A stretch of 56,934 nucleotides of DNA, filler included, from Platydemus manokwari (GCA_037951405.1; 5 parts of 5 records of this genome joined end to end with filler, not necessarily neighbours in it), one strand, 5' to 3'; counted from the first letter of the whole stretch, positions 15,193 through 24,229 are shown. Made by a program: numbers and translations. The notes: a model not told the origin generated them from the sequence alone.

Positions 15193-15250
15193 GTCCTATC
15201 TGCCTCTGATCCGAGGCACTGATGAGGCCCACGGAAGGCCAAAATAGGAC
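15193..15250 (+). ncRNA. Type III hammerhead ribozyme, G12A core variant (probably inactive)
   Basis: Stem III GTCCTA/TAGGAC; cleavage triplet AUC at 15198-15200; stem I TGCCTC/GAGGCA with loop TGATCC; core CTGATGA at 15219-15225; stem II GGCC/GGCC with loop CACGGAA; AAAA at 15241-15244 where GAAA is expected. Confidence 0.88.
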
Positions 15251-15709
15251 ACTATCCGTATCATAAAAGCATCACCTTCATCATAGAGTGTAGTAAGTGT
15301 TTCAAATTTTATGTTTACTTTGACTGTGAATATTTTTGTATTTGTGGGATACTGTATATAGGATACACTGTCTGCTCTAAGCAACCAATAACTCAATCGA
15401 ATAAATGGTACTCAACCCATTCTTTAAAAATTCATATTAAATAAAAATGTTTATATAATCTTATGACTTGTTCTTGAAATGGGTGACTTTACGAAGATAA
15501 TGCATGTGTTGACGTTGTTCTCGAATTTTAAATACTGATCTTAATCTTGTGCTTATTTACTTTAATAAAATATTAAATTCCATGTTTTGTCATATTATAA
15601 TTATCATTATTATTATCCAATAAAAATCTTGATAATTATTTTTAATTTTTAAAATATATTTATTACCTTAATAATTTAATTTATTTTCAAATAACATTTA
15701 ACAATTACA

Positions 15710-17308
15710 ATGAATAAAATGATTGAATGCCTCATTTGTACAATAAATAAACAAGCTCAATCTATCATCATAATTGAAAGTTGCAAACATACATTTTGTG
15801 ATTCTTGTTTGAAATCTTGGATTTTACGGAATCCAACTTGTCCATTTGATCGACAAGCTTTGATCAACATCTCAGTCTTCAATCCAACAGAACAGAACTA
15901 TATCACAAAATCTCTTAAATCGGTCATGTATCAAGCTTTATACGAGTCAATGACCAATGAAAATGAAAATCATTTGAAACAAATTATTTTCTTTGCGGAA
16001 AAAATTATCAATAATTATAACATTATTGATGGATTATTCGATAATGTTGAACAATATCACAATTTCAATGATAAAAACACATTCCAAACAATGTTGAATT
16101 CTTTTTCACCTTCTTCAAATAACTTCTTCCAGCAATTTCTTTCCAGTATTTCAATGATGTCAGCTTTATATCCGAATACATTGACAGATTTCACAGATGA
16201 ATTCGAATCAAAGAGGCAAAATCTGAAAGAACAATTACATCTTTTTCAGAAAAAGATTGATAAATACTTTTCCCATAATGCGATAATGATTAAAAATAGA
16301 AATAAAACACAACATTTATTAGATATTTATGAGATAATTGATGATATTAATAGTAGTTATCAAAATGGAAAACAATTTCTACAACAAGTGAAAACTGCCA
16401 AGGAATTTATTTCATTTGATAAATGCTCAGGAAAAATATTGTTACGAAATATTTATCATCAATTTAAGAATTTATCTGTAGAAAGGATCTACATCTACAA
16501 CTATATTTCGTTCGTAAAATCATTAATTTTAAAACTATTACCACACAAACATGATTTCAATTTATCAATTCTATTCCAAGATTCAACCGACGAATGTATA
16601 ATTTGTAAAGAAAAAGGAAGTGAAATTCATTTGGATAGTTTTATCGATTGTAATCATAAATTTTGTTCGAGATGCGAATCAATGTTTGATTTGACAAATA
16701 TAGTTTGTCCTTTCGAAGGTAATAGTGACAAGAAAATGCGTATACCTGATATTAATATAATTGAGAAAAATATCAAATTAACCTACAAGGTAATCATCAA
16801 GTTTTTGATCTCTGCGATTCTTAGTAGTTATAATTTGGTTAAAGATCATACTTTAAACCTCTTTGGTAAAGATAAAGCAATATTCTTCCAATTATCTGTG
16901 AGAACATTTTCCACTGAACATCATGATATCGCAACACGTATCGATAATATCAAACAAACATTAAACATATTTACAATGTTATTTCAAAAATATGATGGGC
17001 ATTTTAGCCAATATAAAAAATCCATTTTGTTAAAATATTACAAAGTGATAAAGCGTTTACATAATAAATGTTTACAGAAAAACTTGGAACAAATGATTGA
17101 ATTGTCCGATATAGAATATAATATATTGAATAGAAAATTTGCAAATGAAGAAGATTATTTGAATATCAAATTGTCCAAAGAAAGATTTATCTCGAATTAT
17201 TATAATGCAAAACCAATGTTATTGGAAATATATCAAGAAATGGAAATTCTGACATCAGACAAGTCGTTACTAGAAAATTTGAAATTACTTTGTGATTTCG
17301 AATTTTAA
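15710..17308 (+). CDS. Intronless 532-aa protein with two C3HC4-like RING fingers (putative E3 ligase)
   Basis: RING1 CLIC-x14-CKHTFCDSC-x10-CPFD at the N-terminus; RING2 CIIC...CNHKFCSRC...CPFE near residue 296. Each is followed by a long helical-looking region. AATAAA lies just after the stop (~17325). Confidence 0.85.
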   Translation: MNKMIECLICTINKQAQSIIIIESCKHTFCDSCLKSWILRNPTCPFDRQALINISVFNPTEQNYITKSLKSVMYQALYESMTNENENHLKQIIFFAEKIINNYNIIDGLFDNVEQYHNFNDKNTFQTMLNSFSPSSNNFFQQFLSSISMMSALYPNTLTDFTDEFESKRQNLKEQLHLFQKKIDKYFSHNAIMIKNRNKTQHLLDIYEIIDDINSSYQNGKQFLQQVKTAKEFISFDKCSGKILLRNIYHQFKNLSVERIYIYNYISFVKSLILKLLPHKHDFNLSILFQDSTDECIICKEKGSEIHLDSFIDCNHKFCSRCESMFDLTNIVCPFEGNSDKKMRIPDINIIEKNIKLTYKVIIKFLISAILSSYNLVKDHTLNLFGKDKAIFFQLSVRTFSTEHHDIATRIDNIKQTLNIFTMLFQKYDGHFSQYKKSILLKYYKVIKRLHNKCLQKNLEQMIELSDIEYNILNRKFANEEDYLNIKLSKERFISNYYNAKPMLLEIYQEMEILTSDKSLLENLKLLCDFEF

Positions 17309-17496
17309 AATGTTTATTTCATTTAATAAAATGTTTTGTTGAATTATAATTTGTATTTGTTTAAATAATTTATTTAATATAATATATAATTTAATCATTA
17401 GATAAGCAGGAAAAACTTAAGATAACTTCAAAGATAAGATAACAAAAATCGGGTTATGATAAATTTTGTCTATAATGTAAGAAGAAAAGAAAGAAA

Positions 17497-17657
17497 AAAG
17501 GAAGACGTGACAAATCCTTACCATCAAATCCACATTCATAAGGAGAAATTCTCTCTCGATTAAAGCTAGACTCAAACAAATCCAATCAATAAACTCAAAC
17601 AACAATAAGAAAACAAAGCATAACAACAATAAAAAGAAATAAAACGTAAAACAACAT
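17497..17657 (-). pseudogene. nad3: Inverted 5' fragment of mitochondrial nad3
   Basis: Minus strand reads MLFYVLFLFIVVMLCFLIVVWVYWLDLFESSFNRESISPYECGFDGKDLSRLPF (table 9); near-identical to 23103-23201 on the plus strand. Confidence 0.88.
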
Positions 17658-17659
17658 TA

Positions 17660-17872
17660 TTATCTATTATTTATACTTCTCAAAATTTTATTTTTTCTGT
17701 TGGTAATTTTTTTTCTTTAGTCGATAAGGGTTTTTATTTGTTTTCTTTTATTGGTTATAAGGATAATTTGTTTTTTCTTAGGTGAAATCAGATAATTTCT
17801 GGGTTTCATTTCTAAATGGTTATACTTGTTAGGACTAAGTTTTTTTTATTTTAATTTTTTGTGTATTATTGT
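17660..17872 (+). pseudogene. nad5: 3' end of mitochondrial nad5 (NUMT)
   Basis: Hydrophobic T-rich frame containing 'SLVDKGFY'; lies immediately before trnS2-D-R-cox3 as in triclad mtDNA. Mainly a positional call. Confidence 0.5.
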
Positions 17873-17947
17873 GAAACAGTTTCATTTATTGATTGTTTTA
17901 TTTTGAAAATAAAATATGAGAAAATAAAAATAGTTTCTCCTGTTTTG
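17873..17947 (+). tRNA. trnS2: mt tRNA-Ser(TGA) copy, D-arm-less
   Basis: Acceptor AAACAG/CTGTTT; anticodon arm TTTAT-ttTGAaa-ATAAA; T-arm GAGAA/TTCTC. Confidence 0.7.
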
Positions 17948-17965
17948 TTTTAAATGAATAAGTAA

Positions 17966-18030
17966 AAATAAGGATTAGTTTAATGAGTTTTTAGAATTTC
18001 TAATTGTCAATTAGAGGGTAATTTTATTTG
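17966..18030 (+). tRNA. trnD: mt tRNA-Asp(GTC) copy
   Basis: Anticodon arm TCTAA-ttGTCaa-TTAGA; boundaries approximate. Confidence 0.7.
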
Positions 18031-18054
18031 TTGTAGCAAATGTGTTTAGATGTG

Positions 18055-18120
18055 TTTTGTTTGGAAACCTAAATAGGGTACGATTTCGACTCGTAATTTA
18101 GATTTTTTTTAAAGTCTTCT
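18055..18120 (+). tRNA. trnR: mt tRNA-Arg(TCG) copy
   Basis: Anticodon arm TACGA-ttTCGac-TCGTA; boundaries approximate. Confidence 0.7.
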
Positions 18121-18125
18121 AAATA

Positions 18126-18906
18126 ATGTTTACTCCTTATCATTTATATGGAATTAGACCATATCCTTTGTTTGTTGCAATAGTTCTTGGAGCTGTTTTT
18201 TTGGTGTATTTGGTTTGCATCATTATTATTATTATTCTTTTTTTTATATTTATTTTGTTATTGTGATTTGATAATGTTGAGTTAGAAGGAAGATCTGGTT
18301 ATCATACGTTGGTTGTTAGAAAGGGATTACGTTTTGGAATGTTATTATTTATTGCTTCTGAGGTTATGTTTTTTTGGGTTATTTTGAAGTTATTTTCATA
18401 ATTGTTTGGCTCCTTCTGTTGTTTTAAATACTTGATCTCCTTATGGTTGTAGTAGTTATGTTCTTGATCCTTTTTCTATTCCTTTATTGAAAAACTGTTT
18501 ATTTGTTGTCATCTGGTGTAAGTGTCACTGCTTGTCACCATTGTGTTTTAAATAGAGCAAAGTATTATGGTATGTTTTTTTCTTGATTTATCACTGTTTT
18601 TTATGGATTGTTGTTTTTGGATTTTCAGCTTGGGGAGCATATATTTACTCATTTTTCAATAAATTCTAGAGTTTATGGAAGTGTTTTTTTCTTCTTACTG
18701 GATTTCATGGTTTTCATGTAATTGTTGGTTTGGTTTTTTTGTTTTATTGATTTCTTCGATTTAATTTTTTAGTTGAATTTTCTTCGGATCAGCATGTTTC
18801 TTTTGAGATTACTTCTTGGTATTGACATTTTGTTGATGTTGTTTGGTTGTTTTTATTTGTATTTGTTTATTGGTATGCTTCTATTTCTCCTGAGATAAAT
18901 AAGTAA
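18126..18906 (+). pseudogene. cox3: mt cytochrome c oxidase subunit 3 (NUMT, frameshifted)
   Basis: MFTPYHL..SPYP, EGxSGYHT, FIASEVMFF, PLLN(AAA)T, TGFHGFHV, WYWHFVDVVW. Confidence 0.93.
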
Positions 18907-19189
18907 TTGTTTTTTGAATTTTTTTTAAATTGTTTTTTTGGTTAGATAAATTGAGGAAAAAGGATATTTTTTAAAATTAGTAAGCTTTATTTTGAAAAAG
19001 TATATTGTTTTTTTGTATTTTATTAAAATAAATTGGGTTTTTAGAGTTTTTAAGTTTTTAAGTCTTTTAATTGTAGTTCATTGGTAGAAAGTTTATAAAT
19101 ATATGTGTTTTATATTAATGTTTTTGTGAAATTTAATATTTTTAAAAAAGTTAATTTTATAAAGGTTTTTTATTATAAATGTGTGAGAA

Positions 19190-19254
19190 AAGTTTTAAAA
19201 CTTTTGAAAATAAATTTGGTTGCAAACCAAAAATTGGGTATTTCCAGGAACCTT
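19190..19254 (+). tRNA. trnC: mt tRNA-Cys(GCA) copy
   Basis: Anticodon arm TTTGG-ttGCAaa-CCAAA; short T-arm TGG/CCA. Confidence 0.6.
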
Positions 19255-19361
19255 TTTTGTTGCATTAGTAATATTTTATTATTAAAGTATGGATAATTTT
19301 TTTTATTTTGATAAAACTTATGTTTTTTGTTATTTTTAATTTTGTAGTTTTTGGTTAGATT

Positions 19362-19433
19362 AAGTACAAGGACTGCGAGTTTTGTAGGTTTCTGCGATAT
19401 AGTAAATTTTAGAGGTTTTTCTCTCTGTATTAT
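19362..19433 (+). tRNA. trnI: mt tRNA-Ile(GAT) copy
   Basis: Acceptor AGTACA/TGTATT; D-stem CTGC/GTAG; GAT anticodon at 19396-19398; T-arm AGAG/CTCT. Confidence 0.62.
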
Positions 19434-19445
19434 TGGATTAATTTT

Positions 19446-19515
19446 GTTTTTTTGAGTGTTTATGCATGTGAAATTTTGATTTTCAAGGAGTAAGGTTTTA
19501 AATTCTTATGGGAAA
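19446..19515 (+). tRNA. trnQ: mt tRNA-Gln(TTG) copy
   Basis: Anticodon arm TGAAA-ttTTGat-TTTCA; T-arm TAAG/CTTA. Confidence 0.65.
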
Positions 19516-19566
19516 AATTAGATTTTTGAAGTTTTATATTTATTTTGGGTTTTATTTTAAATTTTT

Positions 19567-19652
19567 TTGGAGATTCTGAAATCTTTTGTTTAAGTGTTAA
19601 ATTCTTAATTTAATTTAGGAGTGGTATAAATTAATTTTCTCCTCGGAATTTT
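19567..19652 (+). tRNA. trnK: mt tRNA-Lys(CTT) copy
   Basis: Anticodon arm TTAAA-ttCTTaa-TTTAA; T-stem AGGAG/CTCCT. A CTT anticodon fits AAA=Asn. Confidence 0.68.
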
Positions 19653-19682
19653 TATTTTAAGTTGGTTTTTCAATTTTTATTA

Positions 19683-20389
19683 ATGTTTTTATTTGTTTTA
19701 ATAATTTTTATGGCTTATGATATTTTTTCTTCAATAAATTATTATTATTATTATTTTGCTTTTCTTAATTCTGTTAGTTTTTATTGTTTTTTTCTATTTT
19801 TTGTTTGTTCTATTTTTATTATCCTATTATTCTTTGTCTAATTTGGAATTGTTTTTTAGATTTTTTTAATTTGAATGCTTGGGTTCGATCCTTATATAGG
19901 GATAAGTTTATTTTTGGTATTATTTCTTGTTTTTTTATATTTATAGTGTTTCAAAAATGTATATGGTTTATTTCCTTATACTTTTGGTATAAGTAGTCAT
20001 TTTTTAAGAAATATAATTAATTCTCTTGAAGTTTGATTGGTTGTAATGTTTTGGGGAATTTTTCATAGAATAATTTCTTTTTTAAGTCATTTTGTTTTAT
20101 TTCCTTCTCCTTTGGGGTTGGGAGTTGGTTTATGTTTTATTGAAACTGTAAGTAATGTTATTCGGTTTTTAACTCTTCCTTTACGGTTAGCTGTGAAAAC
20201 TACTACTGGACATATTATTTTAAGTTAGGTTGGCAATGCTTGTTTTTCTTTTTTTGGTTCTATTAGATTGTTTTTTTATTGTTTTTGTCTTTTTATTTAA
20301 TTTTTGATCTATTTATTGGGTTTATTCAGGGATTTGTTTTTGGTTTATTGTGTTCTCAATATTTTGAAGAAGTGACAGTTTTTCATTAA
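19683..20389 (+). pseudogene. atp6: mt ATP synthase subunit 6 (NUMT)
   Basis: MAYDIFSS start region; SHF..PSP, ETVSNVIRFLTLPLRLAVN(AAA)TTTGH, IQGFVF; internal stops and frameshifts. Confidence 0.9.
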
Positions 20390-20499
20390 TTTTAAAAAAG
20401 ATCTTTTTAAATATTAAATTTATTAAAAATAAGGTAGTTAAATTTATTTAGTTGCTTTTTAGTTAAATCTTTAAAATGGTTTAAAGTATTTTTTATTTT

Positions 20500-20575
20500 G
20501 ATTAAAGTAGTGTAAATTTTTTTATTTAAGTATTGTTAGTTTACGTCTAGTAGGTAGGGGGTCTTCTCTTTAATT
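20500..20575 (+). tRNA. trnV: mt tRNA-Val(TAC) copy
   Basis: Anticodon arm GTTAG-ttTACgt-CTAGT between atp6 and nad1. Confidence 0.62.
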
Positions 20576-20622
20576 GATAATTTTTATTGTTTGTGATAAA
20601 TTTAAATATTTTATTTTTGTTT

Positions 20623-21490
20623 ATGTTAAGTTTAAAATTTTTGTTAGTGATAGTTAGTGTTTTAGTAAGTGTTTTATACTTTACTATGCTTGAGCGAAAG
20701 TTGATGAGATACATTCAGTTCCGTAAGGGGCCTAATAAGGTTGGGTTTTTAGGTTTGTTTACACCAATTGCTGATGATGTAAAGCTTTTTTAAAGCGTAT
20801 TGAGTCCTGTTTTTTCTGTTATTTTTTTATTTATGTTGTGAACTTTATATCCATTTTTGGATCTAAAAATCTTTTTTGATATGGTTTTGTTATTTTTATG
20901 TGTATTAGCAAGGTTAATGTATATTCTGTTCTTGGTTCAAGTTGAGGGAGAAATTCTAAGTATGGTTATTGGGGTCTGTTCGAGGTCTTGCTCAAGTTAT
21001 TTCAGACGAGGTACCATTGGTTTTTATTTCTTTTTTCCTGTATGCTTTCAGGGGACTTACTTTCTTTATTCTTTTTTGTTTGATGGTTTTTGATATATTT
21101 TTTGATTATTTCCTTTATTTGTGTTTTGATTAATTAGATGTGTTGCTGAGACTTATCGTTCCCCTTTTGATTTTTCTGAGGGTGAAAGAGAGTTAGTTTC
21201 TGGGTTTAATACAGAGTACGGTGCAATGGAGTTTGCTTGTTTGTTTCTTGGAGAGTATGGGCAAATAATTTTTTATTAGATGTTTGGGAATTTTGCTTTT
21301 TTTCTTGGTCATTTAGTCTTATAAATTTATTTTTTGGTTTATTATTGGCGATGGGGTTTATTTGATTTCGTTCTTCTTTTCCTCGTTTTCATTATGATTT
21401 ATTGATGGAATTGGCTTGGTGTTATGGATTATTATTTGTTGTTTTATATTTTTTTATTTGTTTTCTTTTTAGTGTTAAAATGGAATGTTT
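20623..21490 (+). pseudogene. nad1: mt NADH dehydrogenase subunit 1 (NUMT)
   Basis: [71 protein letters not shown]; frameshifts and an apparent internal deletion near 20800-20850. Confidence 0.92.
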
Positions 21491-21565
21491 AGAAATTACT
21501 TTAGGTTAAATAATTTTTTAAACTTTAAATTTTCAAAATTTAAGATACGCTTTGCCTAAGTTTTG
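21491..21565 (+). tRNA. trnW: mt tRNA-Trp(TCA) copy
   Basis: Anticodon arm TAAAT-ttTCAaa-ATTTA between nad1 and cox2. Confidence 0.68.
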
Positions 21566-21572
21566 ATTTAAA

Positions 21573-22926
21573 ATGAATAGATTTTTTGATAGTTTTTTTA
21601 GTTTATTTAATTCTGTTAGGACACTTGATAGTTATTGGAGATTTTTAGGTACAATTGGTATGGTTGATTCTCATACTAATGCTGGTTTTAATTTAGATGT
21701 AATTCATAGTTATGCTATGGCTATTGTTGTTGGTGTTTTTTTTTTGTTTTTTCTTTGATGTTATTTTATTTGTTTTGTGGTTATGTTTTTAAAAATTTTG
21801 TTGAGAAAAAGGTTTTGGAGTTTATTTGGACTTCTTGTCCTGGTGGTATATTAGTTTCTTTGATGATTCCTAGGATAACTGGTTTGTATGGTTTTAATTA
21901 TCATCGTGTAAAGAAGGTTGGTATGAATACGGTGGTAAGAGGGCGTCAGTGATATTGGAGATATAAGTTTTTACCTCGAATTACGAAGTTAAAAACATGT
22001 CCAGATTGTTTATATTATTTAGGCAAGGCAAAAAAGGCTCATTTTTTTAAATTCTGGTAGAAATTCTAGTAATGTTTTGATGCTTTTTTGAACCAAGAAG
22101 GTTCATGCGGCTTTTAAGAAAAAAGATTATTGAGTTATAAATATGGGTATTGTTGATGGTTTTCATGTTCCTAGGACGATATATGAGATTTTATATAGTT
22201 TTCGTCATACTAATAAGTGAAGGCTGTTAATAAGTGAATAGTGTCTCACCCTCAAAGAATGATGCATCGTCCTTTTACTATAAATCGTTCTTCTATTGTT
22301 GCTAATATACCTGAGTCTGAATATAAGGATTTGTATTGGTGGAAGATATTTTGAAAGGCTGAACCTTTGGTTCGAAAGGTTCAAATGTTATATGAGGTGG
22401 ATTCTTTTTCTAGTAAGGAGGATAAGATTGGTAGTTTGCGTAATTTGGATGCTGATAATCCTTTGTTAGTTCCTGTGAAAAAGTTGATTCGATTTTTTTT
22501 GGTCTAGTGATGTTATTCATAGATTTGCTGTTCCTGATCTGGGTATAAATTTAGATTGTGTTACTGGTCGTTTAAAAAGGGCTTATACTTTGCTTCGTCA
22601 TGTTGGTAAGTTTTATGGTCAGTGTTCTGAGTTGTGTGGGGCTAATCACTCTTTTATGCCTTCTTGTGTTGAATCTTATATTTTAAGAGGTTCTTTTTGT
22701 CTTGGTAAGCGTTATTATTTTAATCGAGATTATTGGTGAGATCAGGGTATGTTTTGGCAATGAACACCTGTTCGAGTTGTAGGTTCTTTTGTTGGTTTTG
22801 CTTTGTTTAAGTTTTTTTGCTTTTTTTGGTATTACTTATAATTTAACTTGGGCTGAGGCGACTCCTGATACGTTGTTTCCTATTTGTGTTTGGCTTCGTA
22901 ATTATTTTTATAGATTGTTTGCTTAG
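21573..22926 (+). pseudogene. cox2: mt cytochrome c oxidase subunit 2, extra-long (NUMT)
   Basis: LEFIWT..P, GRQWYWSY, then a ~140-codon insert, then LRNLDADNPL, DVIHSFAVP, GRLN(AAA), FYGQCSELCGANHSFMP (CuA ligands), then an ~80-codon extension to TAG at 22924-22926 (needs one homopolymer frameshift). Confidence 0.9.
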
Positions 22927-23042
22927 GGTCTTTTGTAATTATTATTAGTGTTGTTTTGTTTGGTTTTATTTGTTTTGATTTTTTATTTAATTTTGTGTTT
23001 TTGCTTTTAATTGACTTTGTTTAATTATATTTTTATGTTTTT

Positions 23043-23090
23043 CTTAAAATAGTTTAATAAAAATTTAGACTTGGGGGTCTAAGATCTCTT
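23043..23090 (+). tRNA. trnP: mt tRNA-Pro(TGG) copy, truncated
   Basis: TTAGAC-ttgggg-GTCTAA anticodon arm; the 3' part appears deleted together with the nad3 start. Confidence 0.55.
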
Positions 23091-23094
23091 ATTT

Positions 23095-23396
23095 TTTGTG
23101 AGTTTGAGTTTATTGATTGGATTTGCTTGAGTCTAGCTTTATTCGAGAGAGAATTTCTCCTTATGAATGTGGATTTGATGGTAAGGATTTGTCACGTCTT
23201 CAGTTTTCTTTGCGTTTTTTTTATAATTATTTTTGATATAATTTTAGATATAGAAATATGTTTATTATTACAAATGCCTTACGAAGCGGATTTTTTTTGG
23301 TATGGAAATCGTTTTTGATTTTGATTATTTGTTTTTGTTTTATTTTTTGGGATAGTTGAGTAGTTACGTTTAGGCTTATTAAGTTGAAAGGGATAA
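23095..23396 (+). pseudogene. nad3: mt NADH dehydrogenase subunit 3 (NUMT, 5' end deleted)
   Basis: SPYECGFD, FSLRFF, LDIEICLL, E*LRLGLLSWKG-stop; premature TAG at 23361. Confidence 0.9.
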
Positions 23397-23481
23397 ATTT
23401 TTTATTTTTAAATATTTATTTGTTTTTGTGTATGTTAGAATAAAATTTATATGTTGTTTAAAACAATAATGATTTATAAAT

Positions 23482-23551
23482 AACTTTATGATGTAAGGGG
23501 AAACATGCTTAATTTGCGTTTAAGGGTTGGATGATATTTGTTTTAAAGTTG
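23482..23551 (+). tRNA. trnA: mt tRNA-Ala(TGC) copy
   Basis: Acceptor AACTTTA/TAAAGTT; D-stem ATGT/ACAT; anticodon arm CTTAA-ttTGCgt-TTAAG. Confidence 0.78.
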
Positions 23552-23612
23552 AGTTTGATTTGGTTAACTTTTTATATTTGTTTTTAAGAGATGGTTTTGG
23601 TTGAAAAGTTTT

Positions 23613-23712
23613 NNNNNNNNNNNNNNNNNNNNNNNNNNNNNNNNNNNNNNNNNNNNTTAATTAATTAANNNNNNNNNNNNNNNNNNNNNNNNNNNNNNNN
23701 NNNNNNNNNNNN
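23613..23712. other. Artificial contig linker
   Basis: N44-TTAATTAATTAA-N44. Confidence 0.97.
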
Positions 23713-23985
23713 TATGTGGGTGTGTGTGCTTGTGTCAGTATGTATAAGTGGGTGTGTGTGCTTGTGCAAGTATGTATACATGGCTGTGTTTGCTCGTGCT
23801 AGTATTATAAGTGTGTTATGCAAGCATGTAAAGATGTGTTTTTTTTGGAGTTTGTGCAAGTATGTATAGGTGTTTGTTGCTTTTATGAAAGCAAGCTAAG
23901 ATGTGTGTTGAGTGTTTGTGCAAGTATGTATAGCAAATATGTATAGGTGTGTGATTTACCTGTGCACATATGTATATGTATGTGT
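23713..23985 (+). repeat. Degenerate TG-rich simple repeat (GTGTGTGCTTGTGCAAGTATGTATA-like units)
   Basis: Repeated 'gtgcaagtatgtata' and TG runs. Confidence 0.8.
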
Positions 23986-24229
23986 TATATTCTGTCTAAT
24001 TCACAAAGGAATAAATTTAGAGAGATTAACAACAATGTTTTGTTTTATTGGGCCATTTGTTACCATTTTTAAAATTTTATTTATAAACATCGGATATATG
24101 ATGTTTATTGATCATTGTGTTAAAAGGGATAATATAATATGGTCGATACATCCATCTGACATAATGCTAAGAAATGTTAATCGAAATATGGATTGTTGAT
24201 TTCATTGCGAGATTAATCAAAGCGACTAT

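Larger units (their letters stand above)
17417..23612 (+). other. Nuclear mitochondrial insertion (NUMT), ~6 kb, triclad-type gene order
   Basis: Abrupt switch to T/G-skewed composition. Genes read in translation table 9, with frameshifts, premature TAG/TAA and deletions. The block is contiguous with a nuclear RING gene and runs to the contig end. Confidence 0.88.

Noticed and set aside
19105-23318. Short standard-code ORFs in the track (19105, 19784, 20037, 20587, 20857, 21573, 21755, 23127)
   Set aside because: Fragments or off-frame readings of mitochondrial pseudogenes, not nuclear genes.
17660-23612. Functional mitochondrial genome
   Set aside because: In-frame stops, deletions, an inverted duplicate and a nuclear flank argue for a NUMT; misassembly is not fully excluded.
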